The notes under the pieces were generated by a model. The model saw only the letters and a program-made list of their open reading frames with translations. It made no database searches and was not told the origin of the DNA. Of a DNA stretch of 36,339 nt, positions 7,099 to 17,000 are shown piece by piece (positions within the stretch are counted from its first letter, which is position 1; each line of letters starts with the position of its first letter). This DNA comes from Candidatus Thorarchaeota archaeon (GTDB taxonomy: Archaea > Asgardarchaeota > Thorarchaeia > Thorarchaeales > Thorarchaeaceae). Where the stretch lies: the NCBI GenBank assembly GCA_029858305.1, contig JAOUFI010000018.1:1-36339 (forward strand), written 5' to 3'. The position numbers and the translations under genes were made by a program.

Positions 7099-9594
7099 TT
7101 GATGCACTTTAAGCACGTCTTTATCCTAATGATTTTGATCCTCCCAATGTTTGCATTTGCTCCAACACTGGTAGCAAATCAGAATGAAACTCTTGTGAGT
7201 CTCTCGAAGGTGGATACTTCTCTACCTTCGTCATTTATTCAGGAAACTCTCAGAGTGGCTGTATATGCAGAGGACAACACAACTTTGCCTCTGTATGCCT
7301 CAGGAGGTGTGTCTACAGCACATCATGCAAATCTGATTCAATATCTTGAATCGATTGGATTTGCAGTTACGGCGCTTTCAACCCAGGATATTCTTGATCA
7401 TAAGCTTATGACTGCAAGTTTTGATGTGTTCGTTTTACCAAATAACCTACCTAAAGACAATATAGTCAACTATGTTATGGAATACTGGTTAGGTGGTGGA
7501 GGAATACTGAGTTTCGATAGCGGGCTTGGTTTTCTCTATTATCACGGAATGATTGTATTAGGTGATACAGGGAATTATGCTCTTTTGGACATAGATCCAA
7601 GCGCGCATTGGGGATTTGATTACGTTGGTAATGTCACGGTTGGAGCTCGTCATTCTTCAGCAAAATCCTATCAAGTAGACGACATTATCTACATACTTGA
7701 AAACACAACAATTCATGACCGCTTCTACTTTGCAGGCGCTAATGTTGCAGATTTTGTACCCCTGTTCTTTGAAACTGGGGTCTCTGACACAACTGTTGGC
7801 TTTGCTCTTGACAACAGTGAAAGACAGGGTGGTCGAATTGTGCAACTACCTGGAAATTGCAGCACAATCCCTGCTTGGGAAAAATCAGTGATTTCCGATT
7901 CAATCAATTGGCTTGCTCCCAAACCAAAGGGTAGAATTCTGTTTGATTTGACCCACATGCCATATTACGGCGTAGACCTCTGGGACAGTGACTATGTAGT
8001 GGCACCAACACTCCATACCGATATGAGAAACTTCTTAGTAAATCATACATACACGTTTGACAAGCTCTATCCATCAGCGAGTGGAAATCTGACAGCATCA
8101 AACTTGGCCTCATATGATATCGTTATTGTCTTCGAGCCCTACATCAATTTCACTGCACAGGAAGTAGCTGATTTTACGAACTGGATTAATTCTGGCGGCT
8201 CTATATTGGCTACAACTGATCATATCGCGGAATCAAGTTCAAACATGAATTATCTCCTGTCAAATACGGATATAGCTGCTAACCTTACACAGGTAGGGAC
8301 TAATGCCTTGTACACTACAGGTTATCATCCCATACAAGAAGGATGCTCTACCTTGTCTTGTTTAGCTCCTGGGTCTGTGGCTATTACTGGATCCGCATTT
8401 TCAATTTGGGAAGATGCAATAGGTATACCGGTTATTGGCGGAGATGAACATGGAGATGGCAGAGTAATATTGATCACAGATGGCGCGATTCTCAGAGATG
8501 GTCGAATTGACGCAGTAGATAATGCACAAGCGCTAATCAACTTCGCAAATTGGCTATCAGCAGCAACAGCTGAGGTTCTGTTGTATGTCGATAACCCCAC
8601 TCTCTTGAATCCCTATCTTGCACCAGCGGTTGACGCCCTCAACGATTTAGGTATTCCATTCTACATAACATACACCGAATATTACATGAACCTCTCCCTA
8701 TATTCTCAATCATGGGATCTTCTCATTCTAGATTCACCCTGGCCGGGAATATTTCCATACTTCGATGACTTTTCATCGTACATTGACTCAGGTGGAAAAA
8801 TGATTGTTTCATGGCATATGATGGATACATACCCGTCTTCACCGTTATACTCAAAGATTGGATTTGGCTTCTCCGCTGAATTGCCAGACAGTGTTCCATT
8901 TTATATCTGGAATTCAGGCCACGGTATTTTCAATTATCCAAACAACTATGGAGCGCTGAATTTCACATCAGTTGATGATTATGGTGATGAAGGTGACCTG
9001 ATGACTGTGTATTCTAATGCAACAGTACTTGGGGGATTCACTCAAACCAATCAAGCGGGCAACGCCACAATTGTTTTGGGTTTTGGTGGACATGTACTTT
9101 GGAACTCATATCTCATTGATCAATTTACTGGTGACTACGATGACTCGACGTATCTGGACACCTTCGAGTTGTGGGAAAACGAGATTGCATTCATGTACTA
9201 TGACAGACCGACCATCGACCATCCAGCTGATGTTACCTATATGGAAACCGAAACAGGTAATGAGATTGTCTGGACTCCATCCGCTGATGCTGGTCCTTGG
9301 GAATATGTTTTGAGAGTGAATGGAACCATAGACTCAACAGTACACTGGAGTGGCGGTCCAGTCGCTATCAATGTCGATGGTATCAATGCCTCAATCACAG
9401 AGTTCGAGCTCACTGTCTATGACCGACTTGGTTACAGTGTTTCAGACCTGGTTGTCTTGAATGTGACTGAGTACGTTGCACCTCCACCGGGTGGTGGTGA
9501 CATAGATCCCTTGATTCTCATCGCAGTCGGTGCAGGGATTGTGATAGTTGTCGTCATCATCCTCATAGTGATGCAGAAGAATAAGAAGAAATAA
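7099..9594 (+). CDS. Membrane-anchored surface glycoprotein with three GATase-like (DUF4350/GIFT-like) domains and an Ig-like domain
   Basis: Signal peptide, three repeats of 'D-hhhh...Y/W-x-x-x-GG-x-hh', many N-x-S/T sequons, a beta-rich C-terminal domain, and a TM helix with a KNKKK tail. Confidence 0.8.
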   Translation: MMHFKHVFILMILILPMFAFAPTLVANQNETLVSLSKVDTSLPSSFIQETLRVAVYAEDNTTLPLYASGGVSTAHHANLIQYLESIGFAVTALSTQDILDHKLMTASFDVFVLPNNLPKDNIVNYVMEYWLGGGGILSFDSGLGFLYYHGMIVLGDTGNYALLDIDPSAHWGFDYVGNVTVGARHSSAKSYQVDDIIYILENTTIHDRFYFAGANVADFVPLFFETGVSDTTVGFALDNSERQGGRIVQLPGNCSTIPAWEKSVISDSINWLAPKPKGRILFDLTHMPYYGVDLWDSDYVVAPTLHTDMRNFLVNHTYTFDKLYPSASGNLTASNLASYDIVIVFEPYINFTAQEVADFTNWINSGGSILATTDHIAESSSNMNYLLSNTDIAANLTQVGTNALYTTGYHPIQEGCSTLSCLAPGSVAITGSAFSIWEDAIGIPVIGGDEHGDGRVILITDGAILRDGRIDAVDNAQALINFANWLSAATAEVLLYVDNPTLLNPYLAPAVDALNDLGIPFYITYTEYYMNLSLYSQSWDLLILDSPWPGIFPYFDDFSSYIDSGGKMIVSWHMMDTYPSSPLYSKIGFGFSAELPDSVPFYIWNSGHGIFNYPNNYGALNFTSVDDYGDEGDLMTVYSNATVLGGFTQTNQAGNATIVLGFGGHVLWNSYLIDQFTGDYDDSTYLDTFELWENEIAFMYYDRPTIDHPADVTYMETETGNEIVWTPSADAGPWEYVLRVNGTIDSTVHWSGGPVAINVDGINASITEFELTVYDRLGYSVSDLVVLNVTEYVAPPPGGGDIDPLILIAVGAGIVIVVVIILIVMQKNKKK

Positions 9595-9600
9595 TCAATG

Positions 9601-9650
9601 AATGGATGCTGTACGATTTCAGCATCCATTTCTACTCTTTTTTTGTTTTC
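9601..9650 (+). terminator. Hairpin plus T-tract terminator
   Basis: Perfect 11-bp stem aatggatgctg/cagcatccatt followed by ctttttttgttttc. Confidence 0.7.
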
Positions 9651-9808
9651 AAATCCAACACCAATACAACAACACAAAAGGCAAATAGTACTCTTCTAGA
9701 GTTGATTGAGTCTGGAGGCTGCAATCCCTGAGTTCAAAGCGCCGCAGCAAAGGTTCAACTCACCTCACCTATGTTGAGAAGGTCTGCGATTTGAGTAGGA
9801 GAGGCGAT

Positions 9809-10612
9809 ATGAGTGCTGTAGCAGATTTGCTAAAGGCCTATTACAGGGACAGCAAGGCAAATCCTTGGCATCAAATATACAAAGATATTCAGATGTATTG
9901 GCAAAAAGAACATCCAAAAGAGGATATATCTGAAATCCTTCTCCTACTACGCGAAGCAATTCTCGGAGCCTTGGAAATCCTTTGTTTTGGACTCGTATCC
10001 GAAATTTCCACACCCAAGATTTTAACTCTCCTTACAAGTGAATCAAATTGGAATGCAGGAAGGCGAGCAGCCAGGAATCATTGTCTGGATGTTGCAGAAG
10101 AACTCATTGCGCAAGGGAAAGTTCGATACCTACTACCCTCAGCCTTGAAAAGAGATGATTTTGGTTTTCTAATCCCCAGAGTTGAGGAAGCCCAATGGGA
10201 TAATTTCATGAAGGCGAAGCCTAAGATCAGCCGAGGAAAACTTGATCTATCAAAGCTTGAGGATTCTGTTCTGGGAAGTCGTTTTCTTAGTGAGCAGATG
10301 ATTATGGAAACAAAGCTGGATTCTAATGATCCAAGAGTTCCAGTACTCCTTGAGGCATATGAGCTTCAGTTAGTTGAGATAGAAGTCAATCGAAGCAGCA
10401 GGATTCAGCCAGCTGCTCTGACAGAACAAATAACACTCAACGGAGGAGTAGTTCAAGAGATTGAAGAAGAGAAAGAGACCTCTACGAAGAAACGAAAACA
10501 GGTTGAAGTTGTAACACCGCTATCTGATTTCCTTGAAGTGTCAAGCAAGAAATCCAAGAAGAAAACACCAGAAAAACCTGTGAAGAAGAGCAGGAGGCGA
10601 AAGGCAAAGTGA
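9809..10612 (+). CDS. Hypothetical protein with a very basic C-terminal tail
   Basis: ATG 9809 after SD aggagagg. Ends SSKKSKKKTPEKPVKKSRRRKAK. Its stop overlaps the next start (GTGA). Confidence 0.8.
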   Translation: MSAVADLLKAYYRDSKANPWHQIYKDIQMYWQKEHPKEDISEILLLLREAILGALEILCFGLVSEISTPKILTLLTSESNWNAGRRAARNHCLDVAEELIAQGKVRYLLPSALKRDDFGFLIPRVEEAQWDNFMKAKPKISRGKLDLSKLEDSVLGSRFLSEQMIMETKLDSNDPRVPVLLEAYELQLVEIEVNRSSRIQPAALTEQITLNGGVVQEIEEEKETSTKKRKQVEVVTPLSDFLEVSSKKSKKKTPEKPVKKSRRRKAK

Positions 10613-12117
10613 GCAAAGCAAAGATGCTTGATATCCAAGCAGAGGAAGCCAATGCTCTACTTTCATTGCAGAAGATTGCCCGAAACATTGATTCGCCAAA
10701 TTTGGGAATTATGTATGATGCAGTAGGCCGTCTTGCAGCGGCCCAAGTCAGTCGACTTCTCCTCCCCAAAGCTCTGGACTTGGTAATTGCCAAGGATCGA
10801 AACGTCAAACAAGCTGCATTCACGGTTGCTGGTAAAAACGCATTTGGTAGCTATTTGACCGAATTCTTTGCAGCACTTATGGAGATGAATCCAGCAGAAC
10901 GCGAGCAGGTCCTACAGGGGATTCAAGAGATGTTTGGTCAAACCGGAGGACCAACATCTTCACAAGAACAAAAGAATTGGATAAAGAATCTTGAAGGGCT
11001 TGGTCGTGAGCATCAGCCTGTAATCTTTGGACTAATGATTGGTCTAGGATCGATTGGAAAGAAATGGATAATCAAACAAATTCGAGATAATATCAAGGGC
11101 ATCTCATTGGGAGCGGTTCCAACTCTTAGCATGTTTCCTGAGAGCGATAGAAAGATGATAATCGGGCTATTGACTAAGCAAGCGGCACGCTATCGTAGAG
11201 ACCTTATTCCATATATCTGCGGGATTATCGATCAATCAACTCAAAATCACCTTCAGAATTTTCTCAGAAAAAGCACTTGGCAGGAACGCGTCGAAATTGC
11301 CGGAGCAGTAGCAACATCAGGAATAAGATCGACATCTAGCCTCGTTATGGAGCTTGTTGCAGATACAAACTGGCAAGTCAAGCAAGCATTGCTTGAGAAC
11401 TTGAAAATAGAAGAGTCAAAAATGTCTGCGCTCTTCACCGTAATTAGTCATCTTTTAGCTGAGAGCCATACTCGTGTCAGAGCCCAGGCAGAAAGAACGC
11501 TTTTACTCATAGGCACTAAAGCATGTGGAGATGCTGTGCTAAAGGAACAACGAAAGAAACTAGAGAAGAGATTCCGCTCTCAATTATTGAAAGCCGCTCA
11601 AGCGAACAAGGATATTGATGTGACTTGGCTTGGCATTGAACAGAAACAGCCAGACCCTATGGTTGAGATAATGCAGATGGTTTCTTCAGATACTGATACG
11701 ACTGACATCATAGAAACTCCAGATTCAACTCCGGAAGGCGTCAGCCTAGCTGATTTCGCAAGAGAAAAATCACCAGCATCCGACGTACAAATCAATGAGG
11801 AAGAAAAATCCGTGCTTCTCTCTGCACTTTTGGGGGCTAGGAAAATTGCCATTGAGGAGCAGCCTGTAACGAAAAAGGACTCAGATTCGGTTCTGGTAGA
11901 TCCCACGCTACCAGCAACAAGCAGGTTCATTCTAGTTATGCAGAGAGTAGCCAAAGATGTAGGAAAAGATGTACCCTTGAATACCCTGTTAGCCAACTGC
12001 ATTGAGATTGGATTTTCAGAAGAGGAATTCAATAAAGCCCTTAATGAGCTTGAGAAGCAGGGCATCGTCTATCGCTCGAAAAAAGATACAGTTTGTTATG
12101 TGGATATCGAACAATGA
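10609..12117 (+). CDS. HEAT/ARM-repeat protein with an acidic linker and C-terminal winged helix
   Basis: DRNVKQAAF, TWQERVEIA, DTNWQVKQA and ESHTRVRAQA are HEAT-like. The C-terminus VPLNTLL...GFSEEEFNKALNELEKQGIVYRSKKDTV resembles MCM-C/RPA32-C winged helices. Confidence 0.75.
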   Translation: MSKAKMLDIQAEEANALLSLQKIARNIDSPNLGIMYDAVGRLAAAQVSRLLLPKALDLVIAKDRNVKQAAFTVAGKNAFGSYLTEFFAALMEMNPAEREQVLQGIQEMFGQTGGPTSSQEQKNWIKNLEGLGREHQPVIFGLMIGLGSIGKKWIIKQIRDNIKGISLGAVPTLSMFPESDRKMIIGLLTKQAARYRRDLIPYICGIIDQSTQNHLQNFLRKSTWQERVEIAGAVATSGIRSTSSLVMELVADTNWQVKQALLENLKIEESKMSALFTVISHLLAESHTRVRAQAERTLLLIGTKACGDAVLKEQRKKLEKRFRSQLLKAAQANKDIDVTWLGIEQKQPDPMVEIMQMVSSDTDTTDIIETPDSTPEGVSLADFAREKSPASDVQINEEEKSVLLSALLGARKIAIEEQPVTKKDSDSVLVDPTLPATSRFILVMQRVAKDVGKDVPLNTLLANCIEIGFSEEEFNKALNELEKQGIVYRSKKDTVCYVDIEQ

Positions 12118-12175
12118 AGAACTCACACAAGACTAATGAGTGAGCTATCAAGTATCTTAGGGAGGAGAGAGACCT

Positions 12176-13504
12176 ATGCCCGACGATCTTGTGATTCAAA
12201 ATGGACTTGTAGTAACAGGTGATGAGAGAGGAACAATATACGAAAGAGGGTATATTAGTTCATCAAATGGGATGATCACTGGTGTCGGTCCCAGTGACCA
12301 ATCTACGAGCGCTGAACATGTGATTGATGCGGCAGGATGTGTCATAATTCCAGGTCTTATCACTGCTCATACTCATCTCTATGGTATTCTTCTCCGCGGT
12401 GCATCATTGAACATCGAACCACCGACTGATTTCGCCCAAGTCCTCCAACGTGTTTGGTGGCCAGTGGATGAAGCATTGACAGTAGAAGACGCCTATGCAA
12501 GTGCACTCTCAGCATCTGCAGACATGCTTCGTAATGGTTCAACTCTTTATGCGGATACATATTCCGGTCCGAACTCTATTGAGGGGAGCTTGGAGGCGAT
12601 AGCGCGAGGGACAAGAGAAGTAGGTATGCGAGGGATAGTTGCTTTTGAAATGACAGAAAGGCATAATCCAGAAGAGGCAGAGCGAGGTCTCCGCGAGGGA
12701 ATTCGATTCATTAAGTCGTTAAAACAGGATACCCTCATATCAGGGATGATGAGCATCCATGCATCATTCACTGTTGGTGATGAGATTGTTATCAAAACTG
12801 TGAAAGAAGCAAGGAAACATAATGTACCAATTACTGTTCACACCTCAGAAGGTCTTGTAGATCTCTACCACAACTTAGAACAATCAGGAGAACGTACGGT
12901 TGAAAGATTGGATCGTCTTGGAGTCCTTGGTCCAAAGACAGTTCTTGCGCACTGTGTCCATGTCAATGACCATGAGATAGATCTGATTGCTAAGAGTGGG
13001 GCGTCTGTGGCTCATAATCCTATGAGCAACATGTTAAATGCCGTAGGAGTTTCGCCCGTTCCTACCATGTTGAAGAGGGGGATTTCAGTTGGACTTGGGA
13101 ATGATGGGTGGATCTACGATCCATTTGAAAACATGCGATGTGCCCTTACGATCCATAGACTTGCTAGCGGCAATCCAAGTGCTATAAGCCCTGAGCAGAT
13201 ATTCAGGATGGCGACTCTTGGCGGAGCGCGATGTTACAACCTAGAAAATAGGTTAGGCAGCCTTGAAAGAGGCAAGTTTGCAGACATTGTTATTCTTGAT
13301 GGTGCCAAAGTACCAACGCCTTTAACAAAGGAGTCTGTGATCGGTCATTTGATAAACACATTCACTGGAAATGATGTCCGTGATGTCATTGTAAACGGGA
13401 CTCAGAAGGTGGAAAATAAAAAACTAGTTCTAACATCAGATGAGCATATCACAGAGGTCTCAAGAAAATCAGCGTCAAGTCTATGGTCCCGCTTAAAGAA
13501 GTAA
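12176..13504 (+). CDS. Metal-dependent amidohydrolase (SsnA / MTA-SAH deaminase-like)
   Basis: PGLITAHTHLY (HxH), VHTSE, AHCVH, HNPMSNM and GLGND. The segment PPTDFAQVLQRVWW is SsnA-like. Confidence 0.88.
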   Translation: MPDDLVIQNGLVVTGDERGTIYERGYISSSNGMITGVGPSDQSTSAEHVIDAAGCVIIPGLITAHTHLYGILLRGASLNIEPPTDFAQVLQRVWWPVDEALTVEDAYASALSASADMLRNGSTLYADTYSGPNSIEGSLEAIARGTREVGMRGIVAFEMTERHNPEEAERGLREGIRFIKSLKQDTLISGMMSIHASFTVGDEIVIKTVKEARKHNVPITVHTSEGLVDLYHNLEQSGERTVERLDRLGVLGPKTVLAHCVHVNDHEIDLIAKSGASVAHNPMSNMLNAVGVSPVPTMLKRGISVGLGNDGWIYDPFENMRCALTIHRLASGNPSAISPEQIFRMATLGGARCYNLENRLGSLERGKFADIVILDGAKVPTPLTKESVIGHLINTFTGNDVRDVIVNGTQKVENKKLVLTSDEHITEVSRKSASSLWSRLKK

Positions 13505-13507
13505 ATT

Positions 13508-13538
13508 AAAAAAGAGATGGATGGGGCTGAGCCCCATC
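13508..13538 (-). terminator. Hairpin plus T-tract terminator for 13544..14233
   Basis: 8-bp stem gatggggc/gccccatc (13520-13538) followed on the minus strand by catctctttttt. Confidence 0.7.
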
Positions 13539-13543
13539 AAAGT

Positions 13544-14233
13544 CTATTTCTTCTTGAAAATAATCACAAGAAGTAGTACAATTATAACGCCGATGCCAAT
13601 ATAGAGAGCATTGTCTGTAATGAAGCCTACAATATCGAAACCGGATGAAGGCATATCTCGTACAAACGAAACAGATGTTTCAATATTGCTAGTAGTATTA
13701 GTTACTTCAAGCATGTACCTATAACAGAAACCATCTGCTTTGAGGTATTCTGCAGTAATTGATTCTGTTTCATCACCACTTGTTTCGCTATAACTAATGC
13801 CCCAGACTTGAGAATTATTGATGATAGTGTGATTCTCATCCCAAAAAGACTCGTCCATGGCAAGCTCAGACAAAAGTGAGAAGTTCCCTACTGGATAGGC
13901 GAAATGACTTCCTACAGCGATTAGACCTAGAAAGAGGATGCCGTAGAGACCTAATTCTGTTCCATTATAGAAAGTCATCGTAATATTGAATGTATCAATT
14001 CCTGTCAAGTTCACTAATGGATCATTTATTGCTGGAGGTGTTTCAGCAATGGTCGCATTAATACCTTCATTGAATGTTTCTTCACCTTCATCAATGAATA
14101 TCATTTTGAAAGTGAATTCATCATTTAGTGCTATACCCCACTCAAGTCCTTGTGATGTTGCAGCTGCAACCGGCGATATGAGGAACATAGCTACAAATGA
14201 CATTGCTAGTAAAAACTGGAGCGTGCGTTTCAT
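13544..14233 (-). CDS. Secreted, C-terminally anchored surface protein
   Basis: Signal peptide ending VAA, many N-x-S/T sequons, C-terminal TM helix plus KKK, SD caggag. Confidence 0.8.
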   Translation of the reverse strand: MKRTLQFLLAMSFVAMFLISPVAAATSQGLEWGIALNDEFTFKMIFIDEGEETFNEGINATIAETPPAINDPLVNLTGIDTFNITMTFYNGTELGLYGILFLGLIAVGSHFAYPVGNFSLLSELAMDESFWDENHTIINNSQVWGISYSETSGDETESITAEYLKADGFCYRYMLEVTNTTSNIETSVSFVRDMPSSGFDIVGFITDNALYIGIGVIIVLLLVIIFKKK

Positions 14234-14366
14234 ATTATAATCTCCTGAACCAGCTAGAGCTGATTATGCAGGTAGTATTGACTGAGTTAAAAAAGCTATA
14301 TTGTAGCAACTATCATAGAATCCGTAGGAACAGAGTTTTCAGGGAGTTATTCTGTGCAGGATGTAG

Positions 14367-15320
14367 GTGCAAAGACTGGATACAAGATTAAAGTACCACG
14401 AGCCTATACTTGATGCTCATACACATGGGATAACTGACGATGGTTTAGATCTGCTAGTTGATGTTCAGAGAAAATTTGGAATTCATCAAGCGGTATTAAT
14501 TTGTCACAGTCTCGATATCAAGAACTATGCTGAGAGAACATATCCGGGACGGTTCATATTTGCTAAATACTTCTCTGGCTCCTTTCGATTTACTGAGGGT
14601 GTGAGACCAATGCTGAAGGAAATTGCTACTCTTAAGGCAGAAGGATATCATTGTGCAAAAATGCAATCTGCACCTGTTATGCGCGGGCGAAGCTCTGCAA
14701 GCCCAGACACACTTAGGATGGATAGTGACGAGATGGCATGTTTCTTTGATGCTTTGGGAGAGGAAGATATTCCATTTATACTTCATCTTTCCGATCCAGA
14801 TACATATTATGCATCAAGATACACAGACCAGAGATACTATTCAACAAAAGAACAAGACCTAAGTGAACTTGAAGGTGTCCTTCGTAAATATCCCAACATA
14901 AAATTCCAAATTGCCCATTTTGCTGCTCAACCTGAGATTCATAGATTAGATAATCTAGCAAGATGGTTTGATACCTACTCGAATTTCAATGTGGATACAA
15001 GCTCTGCAAGATGGCTGTCTCGAGAGTTAAGTAAGGATCCAAAGAAAGCAAGAAACTTCTTCGTCAAGTATTCAAATAGAATGCATTTTGGAACAGATTG
15101 TGTTGCATTCACACCAGAGCGAGACTACTATGAAGGCCGCCATCTTGCTCTCCGTTTGCTATTTGAAACAGACATCAGAAATGAACCTCTCCCGTTTACA
15201 GATACTGATACAGTTAATAGTGGTGGAACCTATATAAACGGACTTAATCTGCCAAAATCAGTTCTCGATAACATTTACTGGAAAAATAGTCACACATTCT
15301 TTTCGGACTTTTTTCCATAG
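14367..15320 (+). CDS. Amidohydrolase_2 family TIM-barrel metallohydrolase
   Basis: DAHTH, ILHLSDP, IAHF, VDTS and FGTD motifs. Confidence 0.85.
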   Translation: MQRLDTRLKYHEPILDAHTHGITDDGLDLLVDVQRKFGIHQAVLICHSLDIKNYAERTYPGRFIFAKYFSGSFRFTEGVRPMLKEIATLKAEGYHCAKMQSAPVMRGRSSASPDTLRMDSDEMACFFDALGEEDIPFILHLSDPDTYYASRYTDQRYYSTKEQDLSELEGVLRKYPNIKFQIAHFAAQPEIHRLDNLARWFDTYSNFNVDTSSARWLSRELSKDPKKARNFFVKYSNRMHFGTDCVAFTPERDYYEGRHLALRLLFETDIRNEPLPFTDTDTVNSGGTYINGLNLPKSVLDNIYWKNSHTFFSDFFP

Positions 15321-15463
15321 TCTCCAAATAGAAATTGTATTTAGACAATAAATGAGGGAGTTTTGCAACAGATTGCGAGGATTGTATCACTTGGCTCATA
15401 AGGAGTAATTATCCTAGGTGTAATGCTTATTATGTGGAGTAAGCCAGGAATCGCATACGGAGG

Positions 15464-16213
15464 CTAAAAGACAAGGGAAAGGCATGTGATTGCACCCTCA
15501 CATTTCTCAAACTCACTCATATCTATTGTGACAACATCGAAACCTGCATCCTTTACCATTTGGATTGATTTTGGATGCCACGATGACATCAATACGTTCC
15601 CATTAATAGTAAGAGTGTTTGCTGCATATTCCTCATCTTCTGGAACAATCAACTGCCTATATCTATGAAGAACTGGGTGCTCCGCAAAACGCTTGGATAC
15701 GACAACATTTTCATCATCGATGAACGTGAGATAGCTCTTTAGATGGACTATTGAATTGTCCTCGATGACCTCAATTCGCACTTTCAAGAATTCAGTGGTC
15801 TGGGTGACCCCCTCTTGATTCGTTCGCTCAGTGATTCCACAAATCAATGAGTCAGTCAAATGAGCAACATCCCCACCTTCGATAGTTCCGGGTACTATAA
15901 TTCTTGACAAGTGTTTGTACTTCCGAAGGACTTGCTCAACCTGCATATCTTCTCCTCGGCGACTCTCCTTGGCCATGCATGTGATAATAGCCTTCTCTCC
16001 AAAGATGATTGCAGTATCTTCAACAAAACAAGAATCAGGGTGTTCCTCATCAATAGGCAATTCAATTAGGTCCAGACCCAATTCTGAAAGAATTCTACAA
16101 TATTCTTTATGCTGTTTTCGAGCCAATGTGATATTCAATTTGTTATGTAGTGGATGGGAAGAAATGCATCTTTTGAAGCTCGAAGGAGGAGAACGTACGA
16201 TTGCGTGTTTCAT
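15464..16213 (-). CDS. Dimethylarginine dimethylaminohydrolase (amidinotransferase superfamily)
   Basis: PDSCFVEDTA, SRRGE, IEGGDV, RTN, HLKS and the C-terminal catalytic TCLS; 249 aa. Confidence 0.9.
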   Translation of the reverse strand: MKHAIVRSPPSSFKRCISSHPLHNKLNITLARKQHKEYCRILSELGLDLIELPIDEEHPDSCFVEDTAIIFGEKAIITCMAKESRRGEDMQVEQVLRKYKHLSRIIVPGTIEGGDVAHLTDSLICGITERTNQEGVTQTTEFLKVRIEVIEDNSIVHLKSYLTFIDDENVVVSKRFAEHPVLHRYRQLIVPEDEEYAANTLTINGNVLMSSWHPKSIQMVKDAGFDVVTIDMSEFEKCEGAITCLSLVF

Positions 16214-16255
16214 AATTAGAATCGAGCCAGTTAGTACAGAGCATCCAGATAAGTA

Positions 16256-16540
16256 CTATTTCTTTCGAGATTTCTTTGTTAGATACTCTGTAAGTTCCAT
16301 TTGTTGTATAGGAGTAAATCTCCAACCTTCTCCATTAGGAGACCGTTCGACAACATCTTCCCGTTCCATATTCCTAAGATGATAGAGAACTGTCGATGAT
16401 GTGATACTGACCTTTTCAACAATATTAGAGGTCTTTCTCCACTCGTCTTTGTTAAGATTCTCAAGTATCCTGGAACGCATCAATAGGCCACGACGAACAT
16501 TACGAAGTCGCATCAAGTAGGCTAGACGATGGATAGACAG
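16256..16540 (-). CDS. Winged helix-turn-helix (ArsR-like) DNA-binding protein
   Basis: RSRILENL...STVLYHLRNMEREDVVER..W. The ORF track starts at TTG 16516, but an in-frame CTG at 16540 lies 7 nt after a GGTG SD-like site. Start uncertain. Confidence 0.75.
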   Translation of the reverse strand: MSIHRLAYLMRLRNVRRGLLMRSRILENLNKDEWRKTSNIVEKVSITSSTVLYHLRNMEREDVVERSPNGEGWRFTPIQQMELTEYLTKKSRKK

Positions 16541-16588
16541 CGAATAACACCGGCATAAATAGGGCAGATTTCAACTATGAACTTTTGG

Positions 16589-16867
16589 TTACTTTAAGGG
16601 TGTACCAATAAGGTGCAAGAAAGCTGCTGGTTCGTTGCCCTCGGAAATGGGACGTATTCTATAACTTGGATATGTATGACTAAGTTTTGCAGCAACACGG
16701 GTGCCAAGTAGCTTTTCGAAGATTGCTGCGTTCTTCCCACGCCAGAGGTAGATAGTCTTGGTCGAATGAAGAATGTAGACAAGGACCTTGTTAGTATCAA
16801 CAGTAACAGTATCCCCTTTGAACTCGACCATTCTTGCTTGAGAGTCAATCTCGAACGCTTCGACCAT
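16589..16867 (-). CDS. Single-domain gelsolin-like protein
   Basis: IYLWRGKNAAIFEK followed by a long helix and ISEGNEPAAF matches the gelsolin repeat signature (h-WxG..s...E ... EG.E...F); 92 aa. Confidence 0.85.
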   Translation of the reverse strand: MVEAFEIDSQARMVEFKGDTVTVDTNKVLVYILHSTKTIYLWRGKNAAIFEKLLGTRVAAKLSHTYPSYRIRPISEGNEPAAFLHLIGTPLK

Positions 16868-17000
16868 GTCACTCTACATCTAAAATGTGCTTCTTTCTCT
16901 CTTATGACATTTTGGTGCGAGTATATTGAATATCTGACATATTGTTATAACTATCTGGAAATCATATAAGACTAGAAATTTAATAATCGAAGACGAAGAA

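Noticed and set aside
9706-9798. Short ORF MSLEAAIPEFKAPQQRFNSPHLC-TGA-EGLRFE as a possible selenopeptide
   Set aside because: Too short, no SD-like site, no SECIS and no resemblance to known selenoproteins.
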